From positions 5,430,001 through 5,462,000 of the forward strand of contig CP001848.1 in assembly GCA_000025185.1 (NCBI GenBank): 32,000 bases of DNA. The letters are read 5' to 3'. Source of the DNA: Pirellula staleyi DSM 6068 (GTDB taxonomy: Bacteria; Planctomycetota; Planctomycetia; Pirellulales; Pirellulaceae). Below the pieces are notes generated by a model. It searched no databases and was not told the DNA's origin. It saw nothing but the letters and a program-made list of their open reading frames with translations. Positions 30,517 to 32,000 of the stretch are shown here, in pieces (position 1 is the first letter of the stretch; each line of letters begins with the position of its first letter). A program made the translations under genes and the position numbers.

Positions 30517-30837
30517 ATGATACTGGGGTTCATCATCAATGCGTTTGTTCTACTCGTACTCATCAAGCTGATTGCCGATGAGGATATCGAATTCACACAG
30601 CTCGGCTGGTTTTCTGTCGGCTGCACGGTGGTCGCCATCGCACTCACCTATGGTCTCGCATCGGCCTTAGGATTCGCGGGGCTGATCATCGCGTTGGTTG
30701 CCCTCCCGCTCATTGTTGGCGCAGGGCTGTGGCTAGTGTTCAATCTAGATCCCTTGCGGGCAGGCCTAGTGGGCGTGAGTTTTGTCGCCATCAGGTTCGC
30801 CTTCGAACTGGGGCTGAGTTACGTTTTTTCCGCTTGA
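30517..30837 (+). CDS. Small polytopic membrane protein (106 aa), paralogue 2
   Basis: It has an ATG start and the same hydrophobic architecture and conserved blocks as 29999..30346. It ends 21 nt before the EEP gene start. Confidence 0.65.
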   Translation: MILGFIINAFVLLVLIKLIADEDIEFTQLGWFSVGCTVVAIALTYGLASALGFAGLIIALVALPLIVGAGLWLVFNLDPLRAGLVGVSFVAIRFAFELGLSYVFSA

Positions 30838-30858
30838 TGGCAACCGCCGGAGGCTCCC

Positions 30859-31731
30859 ATGGCCATGTCGAATTCGCGACGACGTTTTCTCAAGACAACC
30901 TTGGCCGGAACGCTCGCGACAGCAGCCTTCACTGGGACCTCCATCGCCGGAGCGGAGGACAAAAAAACGCTCCGTGTGATTGCCTACAACGTGTACGAGT
31001 GCACCGGCTGGCCGAAAGAACGTGCGCTCGGCAAAAAGGCGACAGCGCTCGGGCAAATGCCGGTACGATTCGCCCATGAACTCGCCCTGTATGAGCCCGA
31101 CATCATCAATTTTTCGGAGAGCCCGAAAGAGCCCATCGTGAAGCAAATCGCCGAACTACTGGGGATGAACTACACCTATTTTCCCAGTGGCGTGAAATGG
31201 CCCGGGGCGATCCTCAGCCGCTTCAAAATCACAGGCTCGCAGAATTGCCCACTGGTCCAAGGGGAGCGCCCAGCTGACCTGTTCACACGTCACTGGGGTG
31301 TGGCGACCCTCCAAATCGCCGCCGATCACGATCTGGTGATTCACTCGGCTCACTTGCATCCCGACATGGAACCCGCGACCCGCCTGCAAGAGATTCCTCG
31401 GATGCTGGAATCGATGGAGAAAGATCTTTCCGCCGGTCGATCGATGCTCCTCATGGGAGACCTCAATCACACGCCCGACACCAAAGAATATGAACTCTGG
31501 AAGAAGGCAGGCTGGCAGGACACTTTCACCCAGGCCGGAGCAGGGGAGGGGCTCACGATCAAGTCCGATACCCCCGATCGCCGGATCGACTACATCCTGG
31601 CAGCCGGCCCAATCGCCAAGACAATCAAGTCGTCGCGCCCCCTGTTTGAAGGCGCGTTTCGCGTCAACAACGCCGACGCCGAGTCCTTCGCCCTCAGCGA
31701 CCACTTGCCCCAACTTGCCATTTTTGAGTAA
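30859..31731 (+). CDS. Tat-exported endonuclease/exonuclease/phosphatase (EEP) family protein
   Basis: The twin-arginine signal is MAMSNSRRRFLKTTLAGTLATAAFTG. EEP blocks are LRVIAYNV, LLMGDLNHTPD, RIDYIL and the C-terminal SDHLP. GGAGG lies 5 nt upstream of the ATG. Confidence 0.85.
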   Translation: MAMSNSRRRFLKTTLAGTLATAAFTGTSIAGAEDKKTLRVIAYNVYECTGWPKERALGKKATALGQMPVRFAHELALYEPDIINFSESPKEPIVKQIAELLGMNYTYFPSGVKWPGAILSRFKITGSQNCPLVQGERPADLFTRHWGVATLQIAADHDLVIHSAHLHPDMEPATRLQEIPRMLESMEKDLSAGRSMLLMGDLNHTPDTKEYELWKKAGWQDTFTQAGAGEGLTIKSDTPDRRIDYILAAGPIAKTIKSSRPLFEGAFRVNNADAESFALSDHLPQLAIFE

Positions 31732-31842
31732 CGCGCGAGCTCACCAGCGACTCGCCTCCGTGCATTTCGCCCAGCCTCCTTCGCCAGAGCAACTTCGCCC
31801 CAGCAGTCTCCCCGACGAGAGGCCGCGATCTCTTTTTTTCGA

Positions 31843-31872
31843 TTTTTTCCACGACCAGGAAAAAATATTTTT
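31843..31872 (+). terminator. Weak A/U-rich hairpin + T-run, possible terminator after the EEP gene
   Basis: ttttttcc (31843-31850) pairs with ggaaaaaa (31858-31865) across a 7-nt loop, followed by TATTTTT. The stem is almost all A-U, so stability is low. Confidence 0.3.
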
Positions 31873-31876
31873 CGAG

Positions 31877-31962
31877 TAGCCGGAACGGGGATCGAACCCG
31901 TACGTCCCTAACGGGACACAGGATTTTAAGTCCTGTGCGTCTGCCTATTCCGCCATCCGGCC
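31877..31962 (-). tRNA. tRNA-Leu (anticodon UAA), class II with long variable arm; CCA not encoded
   Basis: The minus strand reads GGCCGGA-TG-GCG-GAATAGGCAGA-CGC-A-CAGGA-CTTAAAA-TCCTG-TGTCCCGTTAGGGACGT-ACGGG-TTCGATC-CCCGT-TCCGGCT-A. The acceptor stem has 7 bp (G1-U72 wobble). The T-loop is TTCGATC and the anticodon loop is CT-TAA-AA. Confidence 0.93.
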
Positions 31963-32000
31963 ATCTATCGGTGAGGGGAGTCGCTGCCACTCGCGGCAAT

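Overview
This is a chromosomal segment with the hallmarks of a Planctomycetota (Pirellulales-like) genome. It carries a prepilin-leader DUF1559 protein with a small lipoprotein partner, a very long SecA, a giant secreted beta-propeller/TPR protein and an FHA-GAF sigma-54 activator. I call 21 protein-coding genes: one is cut by the window edge and one is a doubtful small ORF. I also call one tRNA-Leu(UAA), five intrinsic-terminator candidates, two hairpins and two short tandem repeats. Housekeeping genes dominate: secA, clpX, waaA, eda, a Prc-like S41 protease, HU and a CbiX-type chelatase. I saw no CRISPR array, rRNA, transposase, integrase, phage gene or recognisable toxin/defence gene. I could not identify a clear-cut novel multi-gene system. 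The best candidates for follow-up are: (1) a DUF1559/H-X9-DG protein whose prepilin leader is replaced by a zinc ribbon plus TM anchor; (2) a degenerate-nucleotidyltransferase + HD protein with a poly-acidic tail; (3) the right-hand block of a 1605-aa double-propeller protein, two tandem paralogous small membrane proteins preceded by a 14/15-nt tandem repeat, and a Tat-exported EEP hydrolase beside the tRNA; (4) the structured clpX 3' region. All family assignments rest on motifs read by eye and recalled family signatures. No database search was run.
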